The notes under the pieces were generated by a model. It saw nothing but the letters and a program-made list of their open reading frames with translations. It ran no database searches and was not told the origin of the DNA. Positions 29,886 through 46,530 of a stretch of 64,000 nt of DNA are shown here, piece after piece. The number at the start of each line of letters is the position of its first letter. Positions within the stretch are counted from its first letter, which is position 1. Both the position numbers and the translations under genes were made by a program. This stretch comes from an uncultured Candidatus Binatia bacterium (GTDB lineage Bacteria; Desulfobacterota; Binatia; UBA9968; JAJDTQ01), in NCBI GenBank assembly GCA_965215605.1, contig OZ244070.1, positions 2,560,001-2,624,000 of the forward strand, written 5' to 3'.

Positions 29886-30863
29886 ATGATACGCAGGTAT
29901 TCTCTGGCCGTGCTTGCCGCTGCGTTCCTCGTTCTGGCGGTGGCGCACAGTTCGATGGCCGCCAAAGAAGACAAGTTTCCCAGCAAGACCATCACGTGGT
30001 TGATCAATGCCGCCCCGGGAGGCGGGTTCGACCTCCACAGCCGCGCGGTGGCCCGGGTCATGAGGAAGAAGCTCGGCGTCAACATCATCATCCGGAACGT
30101 GCCCGGGGCGGGCGGGATCATCTCGTGGAACCTGCTGTCGGCCGCCAAGCCCGACGGCTACACCATCGGTATCGTCAACCTGCCCGGCGCCATCGTCAGT
30201 CAGTTGTTCAAGGAGACGCAGTACAAGCTCAGGGAGTTCACCTGGGTCGGCCGCATCTCCGCGGCGCCGTACATCTATGCCGCCGGAAAGCAGCATGGAC
30301 TCCGCACGCTCGAGGACTTCCAGAAGGCCAAGGAAGTGCTCATTACCGAATCGGGTTACGGCACCACCGGATGGGTCAATTCCGCGCTCACGGCCGCGAC
30401 CATGAAGTTCAAGCCCAAGTTCATCATGGGCTACGCCGGCGCGCCGGCGTCGAACATGGCCATCGTGCGCGGCGAGGGGCACGCCCGCGCCCTGGGGCTG
30501 GATTCTCCGGGCCAGATGGCGTTCATCAAGGATGGCTCCATGGTCCCGACCTGGGTTTACCTCGAGAAGCGCGATCCCAGGTATCCGGACGTGCCCACCG
30601 TGGGCGAGCTCGGGTTTCCGCAGTTGAGCGTCCTGGCGGCCAACCGCGTGGTGGCGGCGCCTCCGAAAACACCCAAGGATCGCATGGCGGTGCTCATCAA
30701 GGCCTTCCGGGAGTCCATCGAGGACCCCGAGACCCAGGCGGCGTTCCAGAGCATGAGAGCCAAGACCGCGCCCGTCTACGGCGACGACTGGCTGCCCGTG
30801 ATGGAGACCATGTTCAAGCTGATTCAGGACAACGCGGACGTCTTCAAGAAGGCCCTCAAATAG
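29886..30863 (+). CDS. Tripartite tricarboxylate transporter substrate-binding protein (TctC/Bug)
   Basis: FPSKTI, APGGGFD, NVPGAGG, KPDGYTI, PDVPT. Confidence 0.9.
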   Translation: MIRRYSLAVLAAAFLVLAVAHSSMAAKEDKFPSKTITWLINAAPGGGFDLHSRAVARVMRKKLGVNIIIRNVPGAGGIISWNLLSAAKPDGYTIGIVNLPGAIVSQLFKETQYKLREFTWVGRISAAPYIYAAGKQHGLRTLEDFQKAKEVLITESGYGTTGWVNSALTAATMKFKPKFIMGYAGAPASNMAIVRGEGHARALGLDSPGQMAFIKDGSMVPTWVYLEKRDPRYPDVPTVGELGFPQLSVLAANRVVAAPPKTPKDRMAVLIKAFRESIEDPETQAAFQSMRAKTAPVYGDDWLPVMETMFKLIQDNADVFKKALK

Positions 30864-30901
30864 CGCCCCGGCAACGAGGCGCCCGTCTCGCTACGTAAAA
30901 G

Positions 30902-30935
30902 AGGGGGCAAGTCCGGCTTGGACTTGTCCCCTTTT
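30902..30935 (+). terminator. Rho-independent terminator
   Basis: AGGGGGCAAGTCC / GGACTTGTCCCCT followed by T tract, A tract upstream. Confidence 0.8.
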
Positions 30936-30995
30936 CTGTTGCGGCGAGAATGCTGCTAACATGTCGCTCACTCACACGTTGCACAGGAGGAGTTC

Positions 30996-31430
30996 ATGAA
31001 GATCGAAGGGAGCTATCAGTTCAACGCCCCGCGGGAGCGGGTCTGGGAGGTCCTGCAGGACCCCCAGATCATGGCCCGGTGCATGCCCGGCTGCGAGAGC
31101 ATGGAGGAAGTCAGCCCGGACCAGTACGAGGCCACGGTCAAGGTCGGCATCGCCGCGGTCAAGGGCAGCTACAAGGCCAAGGTCGCCGTCAAGGAGAAGC
31201 AGGCCCCCAGCCACTACGTGCTGAGCGGCTCGGGCTCCGGCGGCCCGGGCTTCATGCAGGGCGACCTGGTCATCGACCTGGAGGAGAACGGGGAATCCGC
31301 CACCACGCTGCGGTACAGCACCGACGCCAAGATCGGCGGCCTGATCGCGGGCGTGGGCCAGCGCATGCTGGGAGGCGTCGGCAAGATGATGGTGGACCAG
31401 TTCTTCAAGAAGATGGAGGGCTTCGTGTAG
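30996..31430 (+). CDS. coxG: CoxG/SRPBCC family protein
   Basis: APRERVW..LQDP..MARCMPGC, GG.IA.VGQR. Confidence 0.85.
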   Translation: MKIEGSYQFNAPRERVWEVLQDPQIMARCMPGCESMEEVSPDQYEATVKVGIAAVKGSYKAKVAVKEKQAPSHYVLSGSGSGGPGFMQGDLVIDLEENGESATTLRYSTDAKIGGLIAGVGQRMLGGVGKMMVDQFFKKMEGFV

Positions 31431-31498
31431 GTTGTCGCATGCCGGGATTTGTGGTGTAATCGCGCCCCCATTCCGGAAGGCGCTTCACAGGGAGGTCG

Positions 31499-32518
31499 AT
31501 GATGTTCAAACTGCGTCTGGGTCTCTCTTCCGCGGCCATGGTGCTCACGGCGTGTCTGCTGTTCGCCGCCTCGGCGTCCGCGCAGCCCGTCACCATGAAG
31601 ATCGGGCACGCCACCACCAAGGGGGCGTACGACAACTGGGCCGACACCTTCAAGGCCGGTCTTGCCAACAGGGTCGGGGACCGCATCAAGGTGGAGGTCT
31701 ATCCGCTGAGCCAGCTAGGCGCGATACCCGCCATGGTCCAGGGGGTGCAACTCGGCACCATCGAGATGACCATGACCCCCCCGGCGTTCCTGTCCGGGGT
31801 GGACCCGCGCTTTGCGGTGCTGTCGGCCCCCGGCATATTCGACGACCTCATGCACGGCTTCCGCACCGTGCACGATCCCGCGTTCAGGAAGGCGTTCTGG
31901 TCCATCGGCGATGCCAAGGGCCTCAAGCTCGTCAGCCTGACCTGTGACGCGCCCACCGACTATGCCACCTCGACGCCGATCCGCACGCTCGCGGACTTCA
32001 AGGGCCGCAAGCTCCGGGTTTTCGGCAGCAAGCTGGAGGTCGAGACCCTGCGCCGGCTCGGCGCCGCGGGCGTGCCCATGCCGCTATCCGAGGTGGTGCC
32101 GGCGATCCAGCAGAAGACCATCGACGGCAACAAGGCCGGCATCACCATCTTCGTCCCCTTCAAGTACCAGCGCATCGCCAAGTACGTGCTGAAGCCCGGC
32201 GAGGGGCTGATCTGCAGCGGCCGCTTCGTGAGCAAGGTGTGGTTCGACAAGCTGGCCCCCGATCTCCAGAAGGCGATCCTGGACCAGGCGCTGGCCACCG
32301 ACCCGCTCAACCAGGCGTGGACCCTCAAGTTCGTCGAGCGCATGTACAACATCTGGCTCAAGGCCGGCGGCGAGCTGGCGGAGCTGTCGCCCGAGGATCA
32401 GAAGGAATTGCGGCGGCGTCTGTCCACCGTGGGCGACGACGTGCTGAAGGACCGTCCGGAGGTGCTGGAGACCTACCGCGTCATGAAGGAGGCGGCCGGG
32501 CGCACCCGCGGCGGCTGA
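31499..32518 (+). CDS. dctP: TRAP transporter substrate-binding protein
   Basis: VYP.SQLG, DFKGRKLRV, PMPLSEV. Confidence 0.9.
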   Translation: MMFKLRLGLSSAAMVLTACLLFAASASAQPVTMKIGHATTKGAYDNWADTFKAGLANRVGDRIKVEVYPLSQLGAIPAMVQGVQLGTIEMTMTPPAFLSGVDPRFAVLSAPGIFDDLMHGFRTVHDPAFRKAFWSIGDAKGLKLVSLTCDAPTDYATSTPIRTLADFKGRKLRVFGSKLEVETLRRLGAAGVPMPLSEVVPAIQQKTIDGNKAGITIFVPFKYQRIAKYVLKPGEGLICSGRFVSKVWFDKLAPDLQKAILDQALATDPLNQAWTLKFVERMYNIWLKAGGELAELSPEDQKELRRRLSTVGDDVLKDRPEVLETYRVMKEAAGRTRGG

Positions 32519-32611
32519 GGCATCCCCAGGTAGTGAGCCTTTCCCCCAACCACCGCGCCTTGCTGACGAGGCGCGGCGCCGCCGCGTCCGTGCGCGGAGG
32601 GGTCCAGTCCC

Positions 32612-33166
32612 ATGAATGATATCCCGGCGCCCCTTCACTTCGTCATCGTGACGGTACCCAGGGTCGTGGTCGGCGTGTTGATCCTTGCCGGCATCGCCGT
32701 CAACTTCGCCAACGTCATCGGGCGGTACGTCTTCCTTCAGCCCCTCATCTGGGCCGACGAGGCCATGGTCTACATCATGGTCTGGATGGTCTTCATGGGC
32801 GCGGTCCTGGTTTCCTTCCAGGGGCAGCACCTCAAGATGGACTTTTTCTCCATCCTGCTGCCCTCGCCCTGGAAGGAGATCGTCAACGGCATCGCCACGG
32901 TTTCGTTCCTCGCGGTGTGCGTCTTCGTCGTTCCCCAGACCTGGACCGTGGTGAAGCTCGTGTGGAACTTCGGCCAGCGCAGCGTCGTCGCCGAGGTCCC
33001 CATGGTGATACCGCACTCCGCGCTGCTGCTGGGCTTCGTGCTCATGTTCCTGGCGGTGGCGCTCCGCTTCCGTTCGTACGTGAAGGGCGAGTTCGCCGGC
33101 GAGATCGTGCAGGGATACGGTGGCGACGAGTCGGACCGCCTGGCCCCTCCGTCATCCCGGACTTGA
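32612..33166 (+). CDS. dctQ: TRAP small permease
   Basis: NVIGRY..W.DE..Y.MVW.VF.G, H+.+D. Confidence 0.88.
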   Translation: MNDIPAPLHFVIVTVPRVVVGVLILAGIAVNFANVIGRYVFLQPLIWADEAMVYIMVWMVFMGAVLVSFQGQHLKMDFFSILLPSPWKEIVNGIATVSFLAVCVFVVPQTWTVVKLVWNFGQRSVVAEVPMVIPHSALLLGFVLMFLAVALRFRSYVKGEFAGEIVQGYGGDESDRLAPPSSRT

Positions 33167-33179
33167 TCCGGGATCCAGG
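33149..33179 (+). repeat. REP-like palindrome, CCGTCAT..ATCCAGG family
   Basis: CCGTCATCCCGGACTTGATCCGGGATCCAGG; contains the dctQ stop codon. Confidence 0.75.
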
Positions 33180-33236
33180 ATTTCAAACATCCCGGAGGTT
33201 TTCCGGTACGGGCACGGACTGAAAGGGGACGATTTC

Positions 33237-34511
33237 GTGGAATGGGTGATGGCCCTTGTGCCGGTGATCCTGCTGCTGCTGGGATTCCCGATCTTCGTCA
33301 TCCTGCTGGCCACATCCGCCATCGTGCTGCTGCTGTTCGCGCCGGTGCCGCCCATGGCGGTGCACATCAACATGTTCGGCAGTGTCGACAAGTTCGCCCT
33401 GATGGCGGTGCCGTTCTTCATCTTCGCCGGAGACCTGATGGGCCGGGGCGGCATCTCCAGGCGCATCGTCGCTTGGGTCCTCTCGGTCATCGGCGGCGTG
33501 CGCGGCAGCCTGGCACTGACCGCGGTTGGGACCTGTACCGTCTTCGGAGCGATTTCCGGTTCCAGCCCGGCCACGGTGGCCGCGGTCGGGCGGCTGCTCT
33601 ACCGGCCGCTCCGGGAAGCCGGCTACGACGAGAAGTTCTCCACCGGCCTGCTGACGTCATCGGGCGCCATCGCCATCGTGATACCGCCGTCCATCGGCAT
33701 GATCCTCTACGGCGTGTCGGCGCAGGAGTCGGTGGTGCTGCTGTTCGTGGCCGGCATCGTCCCCGGCCTGATCATGGCGCTGCTGATGGCCGCCTACATC
33801 TACGTGTTCGCCGTGAGGCGGGGCATCCGCGAGGCTTCGGGATTCTCGTTCCAGGAGTTCCTGGCGGCCAGCAGGGACGGCGTGTGGGCCCTGGGCATGC
33901 CCGTCATCATCCTCGGGGGCATCTACGCGGGCGTCTTCTCGCCCACCGAGGCGGCCGGCATCGCCTGCGTCTATGCCATCGTGGTGACGCGTTTCATCTA
34001 CGGCGACATCGGCTGGAAAGGGATCTGGGAGGTATCGGTCAACTCCATGTACCTGACGGCCCAGGTGCTGATCATCGTCGCCGCTGCCGGGGTCTTCTCC
34101 CAGCTTCTGACCATCAGCGGGGCGCCGCAGAGCGTGGTGGGGATGGTCCGGGACATGGACCTGCCGCCGTGGATGGCGCTGCTGGCCATCAACGTCTTCC
34201 TGCTGTTCGTGGGCTGCCTGCTCGATCCCGCCTCGGCGATCCTGGTGCTCACGCCGCTGCTGGCGCCCATCGCGGCGGCCATCGGCGTGGACCTGGTCCA
34301 TTTCGGCATCATCATGACCGTGAACCTCGCCGTCGGCATGTTCACCCCGCCCTTCGGGCTGAACATCTTCGTGACCCAGGCGCTCTTCAAGACGCCGCTC
34401 ACGAGTATCTACCCGGGGCTGGCGCCGTTCATCGCCATCAACATCGTCGCGCTCCTGATCGTCACCTACGTTCCGGAGCTCTCGCTGTTCCTGACCCGCT
34501 ACCTGGGCTGA
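33237..34511 (+). CDS. dctM: TRAP large permease
   Basis: AVPFFI.AG, ISGSS.A, IPPSI, TPPFGLN. Confidence 0.93.
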   Translation: MEWVMALVPVILLLLGFPIFVILLATSAIVLLLFAPVPPMAVHINMFGSVDKFALMAVPFFIFAGDLMGRGGISRRIVAWVLSVIGGVRGSLALTAVGTCTVFGAISGSSPATVAAVGRLLYRPLREAGYDEKFSTGLLTSSGAIAIVIPPSIGMILYGVSAQESVVLLFVAGIVPGLIMALLMAAYIYVFAVRRGIREASGFSFQEFLAASRDGVWALGMPVIILGGIYAGVFSPTEAAGIACVYAIVVTRFIYGDIGWKGIWEVSVNSMYLTAQVLIIVAAAGVFSQLLTISGAPQSVVGMVRDMDLPPWMALLAINVFLLFVGCLLDPASAILVLTPLLAPIAAAIGVDLVHFGIIMTVNLAVGMFTPPFGLNIFVTQALFKTPLTSIYPGLAPFIAINIVALLIVTYVPELSLFLTRYLG

Positions 34512-34527
34512 ATCTCCCGGATACTCC

Positions 34528-35406
34528 ATGGCGAAGGATCCGCGAGCGCTCGTCAGCGTTGTCATCCCCACCTACAACCGGTGGCCGATGGTCGGAGAGG
34601 CCGTGGACTCGGTCCTGGCGCAGACCGCAAGCGACTACGAGCTGATCGTGGTCGACGACGGCTCCACCGATGAGACCCCGCGGCGCTTGCGGGACTACGG
34701 CGTCCGGCTCGAGGTGCTGACCCAGGACCGCCGAGGGGTGGCGGCCGCCCGAAACCTTGGGGTTTCCCGGGCCTCGGGCAGCCATCTGGCCTTCCTGGAC
34801 TCCGACGATCTCTGGGATCCGCGCAAGCTGCAGCGGCAAGTCGACTTCATGGAAAGAAGCCCTGACGTGAAGATCTGTCAGACCGACGAGATCTGGATCC
34901 GCAACGGCGTGCGCGTCAACCCGAGGAACAAACACCGCAAGCCCTCGGGCGACATCTTCCGCGCCAGCCTCGAACTCTGCCTGGTCAGCCCTTCAGCGGT
35001 GATGATGCGGCGGGAGCTTTTCGAAAGGGCAGGAGGCTTCGACGAGTCGCTGCCCGTGTGCGAGGACTACGACCTGTGGCTGCGGATTTCCAAAGACACC
35101 GAGATCCCGCTGGTTCCCGAGGCGCTGGTCACCAGGCGCGGCGGGCACGCGGATCAGCTTTCCCGCTCCACCTGGGGGTTCGACCGCTTCCGCGTGGCGG
35201 CCATCGCCAACCTCATCGAGGCCGGGCTGGAGGGCGAGAAGGCCGGCTGGGCCTTGGAGGCCATGACGAAAAAGGTTAGGATTTTGGCCAAAGGCGCCCG
35301 CAAGCGCGGCAACGAAGCCATGGCTCGGGCGTACGAAGAGCGGCTGCGCCGGACCGCCCGTCTTGGAGTCCCGAACGCAAGGGTTGTATCGGGCGCTTCA
35401 GGGTAG
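34528..35406 (+). CDS. Glycosyltransferase family 2
   Basis: VSVVIPTYNR, VVDDGSTD, FLDSDD, CEDYDLW. Confidence 0.92.
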   Translation: MAKDPRALVSVVIPTYNRWPMVGEAVDSVLAQTASDYELIVVDDGSTDETPRRLRDYGVRLEVLTQDRRGVAAARNLGVSRASGSHLAFLDSDDLWDPRKLQRQVDFMERSPDVKICQTDEIWIRNGVRVNPRNKHRKPSGDIFRASLELCLVSPSAVMMRRELFERAGGFDESLPVCEDYDLWLRISKDTEIPLVPEALVTRRGGHADQLSRSTWGFDRFRVAAIANLIEAGLEGEKAGWALEAMTKKVRILAKGARKRGNEAMARAYEERLRRTARLGVPNARVVSGASG

Positions 35407-35453
35407 GGAAGGGCACTGACACCCGAATCGTCATTCGCGCGCTCCCTCCCGTT

Positions 35454-36026
35454 ATGGAACCGCCCGTGAACGAGATGGCACTGCACGAAGAAGTCACGGA
35501 CTACGGCCGCGACCGCGGCATTCACGCCCAAGCCGTGGAGCGATGGCTGGCGCTGGCCGAGGCGGACCAGCAGGCCCTGCTCGGGCTCGCCCGGAGCCTC
35601 AGGCTCGGCGGCAACCACTTCAACGATTTCCTGGACTGGTGCGTGGAGATATCCCTGCGGGACGGCTGTTCCGTCGCGTCCGTCATCGACGGCAAGGAGC
35701 TGGCGCCGACGCTGTCGGACAGCCGCATGGGGCGGAACGACAAGCTCAAGCACGCCAAGGAGGCCCTGCGGCGGCGGCGTTACCCCCGTCTGACCCGGAT
35801 CGAGGACGAGGTCCGCGCCCGGCTCCGCAGCCTGAAGCTCGATCCACGCATCCGCATCACGGTGGCGCCGGGACTCGAAGGCGGCCTCAAGGTGGAGTTG
35901 CAGGCCGGCGGGGTGGAAGCATTGGCCCGGCTGGCCCGCGAGGTCGAGGCCCTGGCGGACAACGACACCGCAAGGGAGGTATTTGCGCTCATGGAGGGGA
36001 AAGAGGGTGCAGGCATATCGGCCTGA
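35454..36026 (+). CDS. Hypothetical helical protein resembling the C-terminal part of ParB-like proteins
   Basis: coding-like bias; overlaps the downstream radical SAM gene; family assignment from recall only. Confidence 0.55.
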   Translation: MEPPVNEMALHEEVTDYGRDRGIHAQAVERWLALAEADQQALLGLARSLRLGGNHFNDFLDWCVEISLRDGCSVASVIDGKELAPTLSDSRMGRNDKLKHAKEALRRRRYPRLTRIEDEVRARLRSLKLDPRIRITVAPGLEGGLKVELQAGGVEALARLAREVEALADNDTAREVFALMEGKEGAGISA

Positions 36027-37104
36027 AAGGGTCATCGTGGAAAGCGGCTCCGAGGGGTCGGTGATCTTCGACAACCTCCGGAGGGCGCTGCCGGACGTGC
36101 CGTTCATCACCGTCCCGGATCCGCAACGTCATTGGGCGGGTCTCGACGGCGGCGACGATCCCATCTCCCGGGGCAAGCGCGACCTGCTGCTGACGCGCCA
36201 CAAGGGGAAGTTCCTCAAGGTATGCCCGGGCAGTGACGGTCAGGTCTGCTGCAACTACTTCATCATCAACTTCGCCAGCAACTGCCCCATGGACTGCAGC
36301 TACTGCTACCTGCAGGACTACCTCGCCGAGAACCCGGCTCTCAAGGTGTTCAGCAACGTCGACGACCTCGTGGCGGAAACACGGGACCTGCTGGCGAAGC
36401 ACCGGGACTACTTCTTCCGCATCGGCACCGGCGAGATCACCGACAGCCTGGCGCTGGAGCCCCTCATCGGCTTCGCCGAGGCCACCGTGCCGTTCTTCGC
36501 CGAGCAGCCCAACGCGCTGCTGGAGTTCAAGACCAAGAGCGACCATGTGGAGGGACTCCTCGGCCTCGACCCCAAGGATCGTGTTGTGGTCTCCTGGTCC
36601 ATGAACCCCCAGTCCGTCATCGACGCCGACGAGGGGCTCACCGCCTCGCTGGAAGAGCGGCTCGACGCCGCCTGGCGCTGCCAGCAGGCCGGTTACAAGC
36701 TGGGCTTCCACTTCGACCCCATGGTGGAGTACCCCGGCTGGGAAGAAGACTACCGCGACCTGCTGCACCGGATATTCACGCGCCTGGACCACCGCCGCAT
36801 GGCCTGGACCAGCATGGGCGTCCTGCGCACCACCCCGTCCCTCAAGCGCGTCATGCGCCAGCGCTTCCCCGCCACCCGCATCCTCTCCGGCGAGCAGGTA
36901 CCATGCCCCGACGGCAAGATGCGCTACTTCCAGCCCCTGCGCGTGGCCATGTACCGAAACATGCGCCAATGGATCCGCGACGCCGCCCCGCTGGTCCCCA
37001 TCTACCTCTGCATGGAAACCCGCGAGGTCTGGGACCAGGTCTTCGGCTACTTCCCGAGCTGCGGCAAGGAACTGGGGAACGAGTTGGTGGGAGCGGTCTC
37101 CTGA
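36007..37104 (+). CDS. Radical SAM protein, spore photoproduct lyase (SplB)-like family
   Basis: CPMDCSYCYL, GE.TDSL, SLEERL.AA, GFHFDP, YLCME. Confidence 0.88.
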   Translation: MQAYRPERVIVESGSEGSVIFDNLRRALPDVPFITVPDPQRHWAGLDGGDDPISRGKRDLLLTRHKGKFLKVCPGSDGQVCCNYFIINFASNCPMDCSYCYLQDYLAENPALKVFSNVDDLVAETRDLLAKHRDYFFRIGTGEITDSLALEPLIGFAEATVPFFAEQPNALLEFKTKSDHVEGLLGLDPKDRVVVSWSMNPQSVIDADEGLTASLEERLDAAWRCQQAGYKLGFHFDPMVEYPGWEEDYRDLLHRIFTRLDHRRMAWTSMGVLRTTPSLKRVMRQRFPATRILSGEQVPCPDGKMRYFQPLRVAMYRNMRQWIRDAAPLVPIYLCMETREVWDQVFGYFPSCGKELGNELVGAVS

Positions 37105-37174
37105 CTCCAAGCGAGGAACATTCGGTCATATTTGCCGGAGAGGTCCCGGCGGAGGTTTCCTTCGTCCCCGAAAA

Positions 37175-37203
37175 TTGCATCCTGCCCCCTGAATCGCTAT
37201 CCT
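37175..37203 (+). promoter_or_regulatory. sigma70-type promoter placing secA as leaderless
   Basis: TTGCAT-17-TATCCT-6-ATG. Confidence 0.6.
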
Positions 37204-37209
37204 GAGGCA

Positions 37210-40676
<3,467 letters not shown>

Positions 40677-40692
<16 letters not shown>

Positions 40693-41879
40693 AGCCCCCG
40701 CGGGGCGTACCGGGGTTCCGCTTCGCCGGGGTGGCGTGCGGCATCAAGGAGAGCGGCCGCAAGGACCTGGCGCTGATCGTCTCCGACGGCCCCGCCGCCG
40801 CCGCCGCGATCTTCACCAGGAACCGCATCAAGAGCCCCAGCGTGACGGCGGGCATGCAGCACGTGCGCGGTGGGTTCCTCCATGCGGTGGTGGTCAACAG
40901 CGGCAACGCCAACGCCTGCACCGGCCCCGGCGGGCTGCGGGATTCCAGGGCCATGTGCGCCGAGACCGCCCGGCACCTGGGCATCGACGCGCAACGGGTG
41001 CTGCCTTCCTCCACCGGCATCATCGGCGTGCCGCTCCCCATGGACAAGATCGCGCAAGGCATCGCGGACGCGGCGGCGGCGCTGTCGCCGGACGGTCTTC
41101 AGGAAGCGGTGGAAGCGATCATGACCACCGACAACGGCCCCAAGACCGCGGCGGCGTCGTGCCGCATCGGCGGCCGTACCGTGCACGTCGCCGGCATCGC
41201 CAAGGGCGCCGGCATGATCGCCCCCAACATGGCGACCATGCTGTGCTACGTCCTGACCGACGCGGCCGTCGCCCCGGCCGCGCTACGGCCCATGCTGCGC
41301 CGGGCCGCGGACGGCACGTTCCACGCCATCACCGTGGACGGCGACACCAGCACCAACGACACCTTGCTGTGCATGGCCAACGGCGTCGCAGGCAACCCAC
41401 GCATCAGCCGCGGCGGCGAGGGCGAGGAGGCGCTGGAGCGGGCGCTGACGCGGGTCATGAAGGAACTGGCGCTCAAGGTCGTGGCCGACGGGGAGGGCAC
41501 CACGAAGCTGGTGGAGATCCGGGTGGACGGCGCCCGGACCGACGGCGAGGCCCGCAAGGTGGCCTTCACCGTGGCCAACTCCAAGCTCGTCAAGACCGCC
41601 TTCTTCGGCCAGGACCCCAACATCGGCCGGTTCATGATGGCCATCGGCAACGCCGGTGTGCCCGTGGTGGAGGCAACCATCGACATCGTCCTTGGCGGCG
41701 TCAAGGTGGTGCGCCGGGGCCTGGCCGTGGGCACCCGCGAGACCGCCGCCGCCAAGGTCATGCAGCGCCCGTCCTTCACCGTCCGCATCAACCTCGGTAT
41801 GGGCGACGCCCGCACCTCGGTGTGGACCTCCGACCTCGGCCACGAGTACGTCCGCATCAATTCGGACTACCGCACCTGA
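40677..41879 (+). CDS. argJ: Bifunctional ornithine acetyltransferase
   Basis: [36 protein letters not shown]. Confidence 0.96.
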
Positions 41880-41900
41880 CACGGACTACCGCACGCGACA
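41863..41900 (+). repeat. 19-bp tandem duplication of the argJ 3' end
   Basis: CGGACTACCGCACctGACA CGGACTACCGCACgcGACA. Confidence 0.75.
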
Positions 41901-41921
41901 TTCATTGAAGCCCGGGATCGA

Positions 41922-43364
<1,443 letters not shown>

Positions 43365-43445
43365 GGTTTCGCAGGTAACAGAAAGGCCGGGGCTCCGCAA
43401 TCACGCCCGCGCCGATGACCCTGACTTGTCGTTCCCGCCTTCCCG

Positions 43446-43475
43446 CCGTCATTCCCGCGAAAGCGGGAATCCAGG
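43446..43475 (+). repeat. REP-like palindrome, CCGTCAT..ATCCAGG family
   Basis: CCGTCATTCCCGCGAAAGCGGGAATCCAGG. Confidence 0.75.
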
Positions 43476-43571
43476 GGCGGAGAGGACGGGTGAGCGGTCA
43501 TTATTGACGATGTTCGCAGTTTACTGTTACGGATTCAGAATCATCTCTGGCGTTTGGGGCAAGGAGGAACC

Positions 43572-44726
43572 ATGGCCAATCTCGGAGGAAAATACGCCAT
43601 CGTGGGCGTGGGCGAGACTCTGGTGGGCAAGCGTCCGGACGGCACCACGCACTCGCTGCATCTGGAATCGATCCGGGAGTGTCTCGATGACGCCGGCATC
43701 CGCGGCGACGCGGTGGACGGGTTCCTCACCAACCAGCCGTTGAACGACGCTCACAGAAGCTACGCGGTGCGGCTGGCGCACATGGCCGGCATCACGCCGG
43801 TCTACGCCACCGACCTCGCCCTGGGGGGCGCCACGCCCATCGCCATGGTGCAGCACGCGGTCATGGCTATCGACGCCGGCATGTGCAGCACGGTGCTGTG
43901 CGTGCACGCGCGCAAGCGCTCCACCGGTGACGCCACCCCCGGTTACCCCATCCGCCGGGGCGACGAGCACTGGGAGCGGCCCTGGGGGCACTTCGCGGCC
44001 GCGGCCGGCCACGCGCTAGCGGCCCAGCGCCACATGTACGAGTTCGGCACCCGCAGCGAGGACCTGGCGGAGATCGCCGTCACCACCCGCCGGCACGCGT
44101 CGCTCAACGCCAACGCCACCATGAAGAAGCCCATCACCATCGAGGACCACCAGGCGTCCCGCATGATCGTCGAACCGCTTCATCTGTTGGACTGCTCGCT
44201 GGAGTCCGACGGCGGCGGCGCCGTGCTGGTGACCAGCCTGGAGCGCGCCAAGGACTTCCCCAAGCCTCCGGTGGTGATCCTCGGCATGGGGCAACACCAC
44301 CCCCACTTCAGCCTGCTGGACGCCCCCACCCTCACCACCCTGGGCGGGCGCAGGTCCTCGCGCATGGCCTACGACATGGCCGGGCTGGAGCCCAGGGACA
44401 TGGACTTCGCCGAGCTCTACGACTGCTTCACCATCACCGCCATGATCACCCTGGAGGACTACGGCTTCTGCGAGAAGGGCGAGGGCAAGGACTTCGTCAA
44501 GGACGGCCGCATCGGCATCAACGGCGAGATCCCCCTCAACACCCACGGCGGCCTCCTCTCCCAGGCCCACCTGGAAGGAATGCTGCACCTCACCGAAGGC
44601 GCCCGGCAACTCCGCGGCAACGAAGTCGAGCCCGAGCGCCAGGTCCCCGACGCCAGGGCCGGCATCATCAGCGGCCACGGCGGCAGCCTTGCCATGCATG
44701 CTTCTCTGATTCTGGGTACCGCGTGA
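43572..44726 (+). CDS. SCP2/Ltp2-type thiolase-family protein
   Basis: AIVGVG, DC..ESDGG, LYDCFT, NTHGGLLS; AAGGAGG RBS. Confidence 0.88.
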   Translation: MANLGGKYAIVGVGETLVGKRPDGTTHSLHLESIRECLDDAGIRGDAVDGFLTNQPLNDAHRSYAVRLAHMAGITPVYATDLALGGATPIAMVQHAVMAIDAGMCSTVLCVHARKRSTGDATPGYPIRRGDEHWERPWGHFAAAAGHALAAQRHMYEFGTRSEDLAEIAVTTRRHASLNANATMKKPITIEDHQASRMIVEPLHLLDCSLESDGGGAVLVTSLERAKDFPKPPVVILGMGQHHPHFSLLDAPTLTTLGGRRSSRMAYDMAGLEPRDMDFAELYDCFTITAMITLEDYGFCEKGEGKDFVKDGRIGINGEIPLNTHGGLLSQAHLEGMLHLTEGARQLRGNEVEPERQVPDARAGIISGHGGSLAMHASLILGTA

Positions 44727-44755
44727 ACCGGCGTCACGCGGAATCCGGCCCGCTG

Positions 44756-46242
<1,487 letters not shown>

Positions 46243-46246
<4 letters not shown>

Positions 46247-46530
46247 TCAATGATCTTCGGGACGCTCAGGAAGTCGTCGTCCCGGGCGGGAGCGTTGCGC
46301 AGCAAGTCCTCGGTCCGCGGCTGGTTGACGGCCCGGTCCGGGCGCAGGACGTTGACCACGTCCACCGCGTGGGACATGGGCTCGACGCCGTCGGTGTCGA
46401 GCTCGTTGAGCTTGTCCACGTATTCGAGGATGCGGTCGAGCTGGCCGGCAAGCCTTTTCTGCTCGTCGGGAGTGAGGTCCAGACGGGCGAGGATGGCCAC
46501 GTGCCGGACCTCTTCGCTGGTGATTTTCAC
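46243..46530 (-). CDS. gatC: Asp/Glu-tRNA amidotransferase subunit C
   Basis: [23 protein letters not shown]. Confidence 0.95.

Noticed and set aside
36007-37104. Evidence of sporulation from an splB-like gene
   Set aside because: Divergent subfamily lacking the SP-lyase Cys; no sporulation genes in the window
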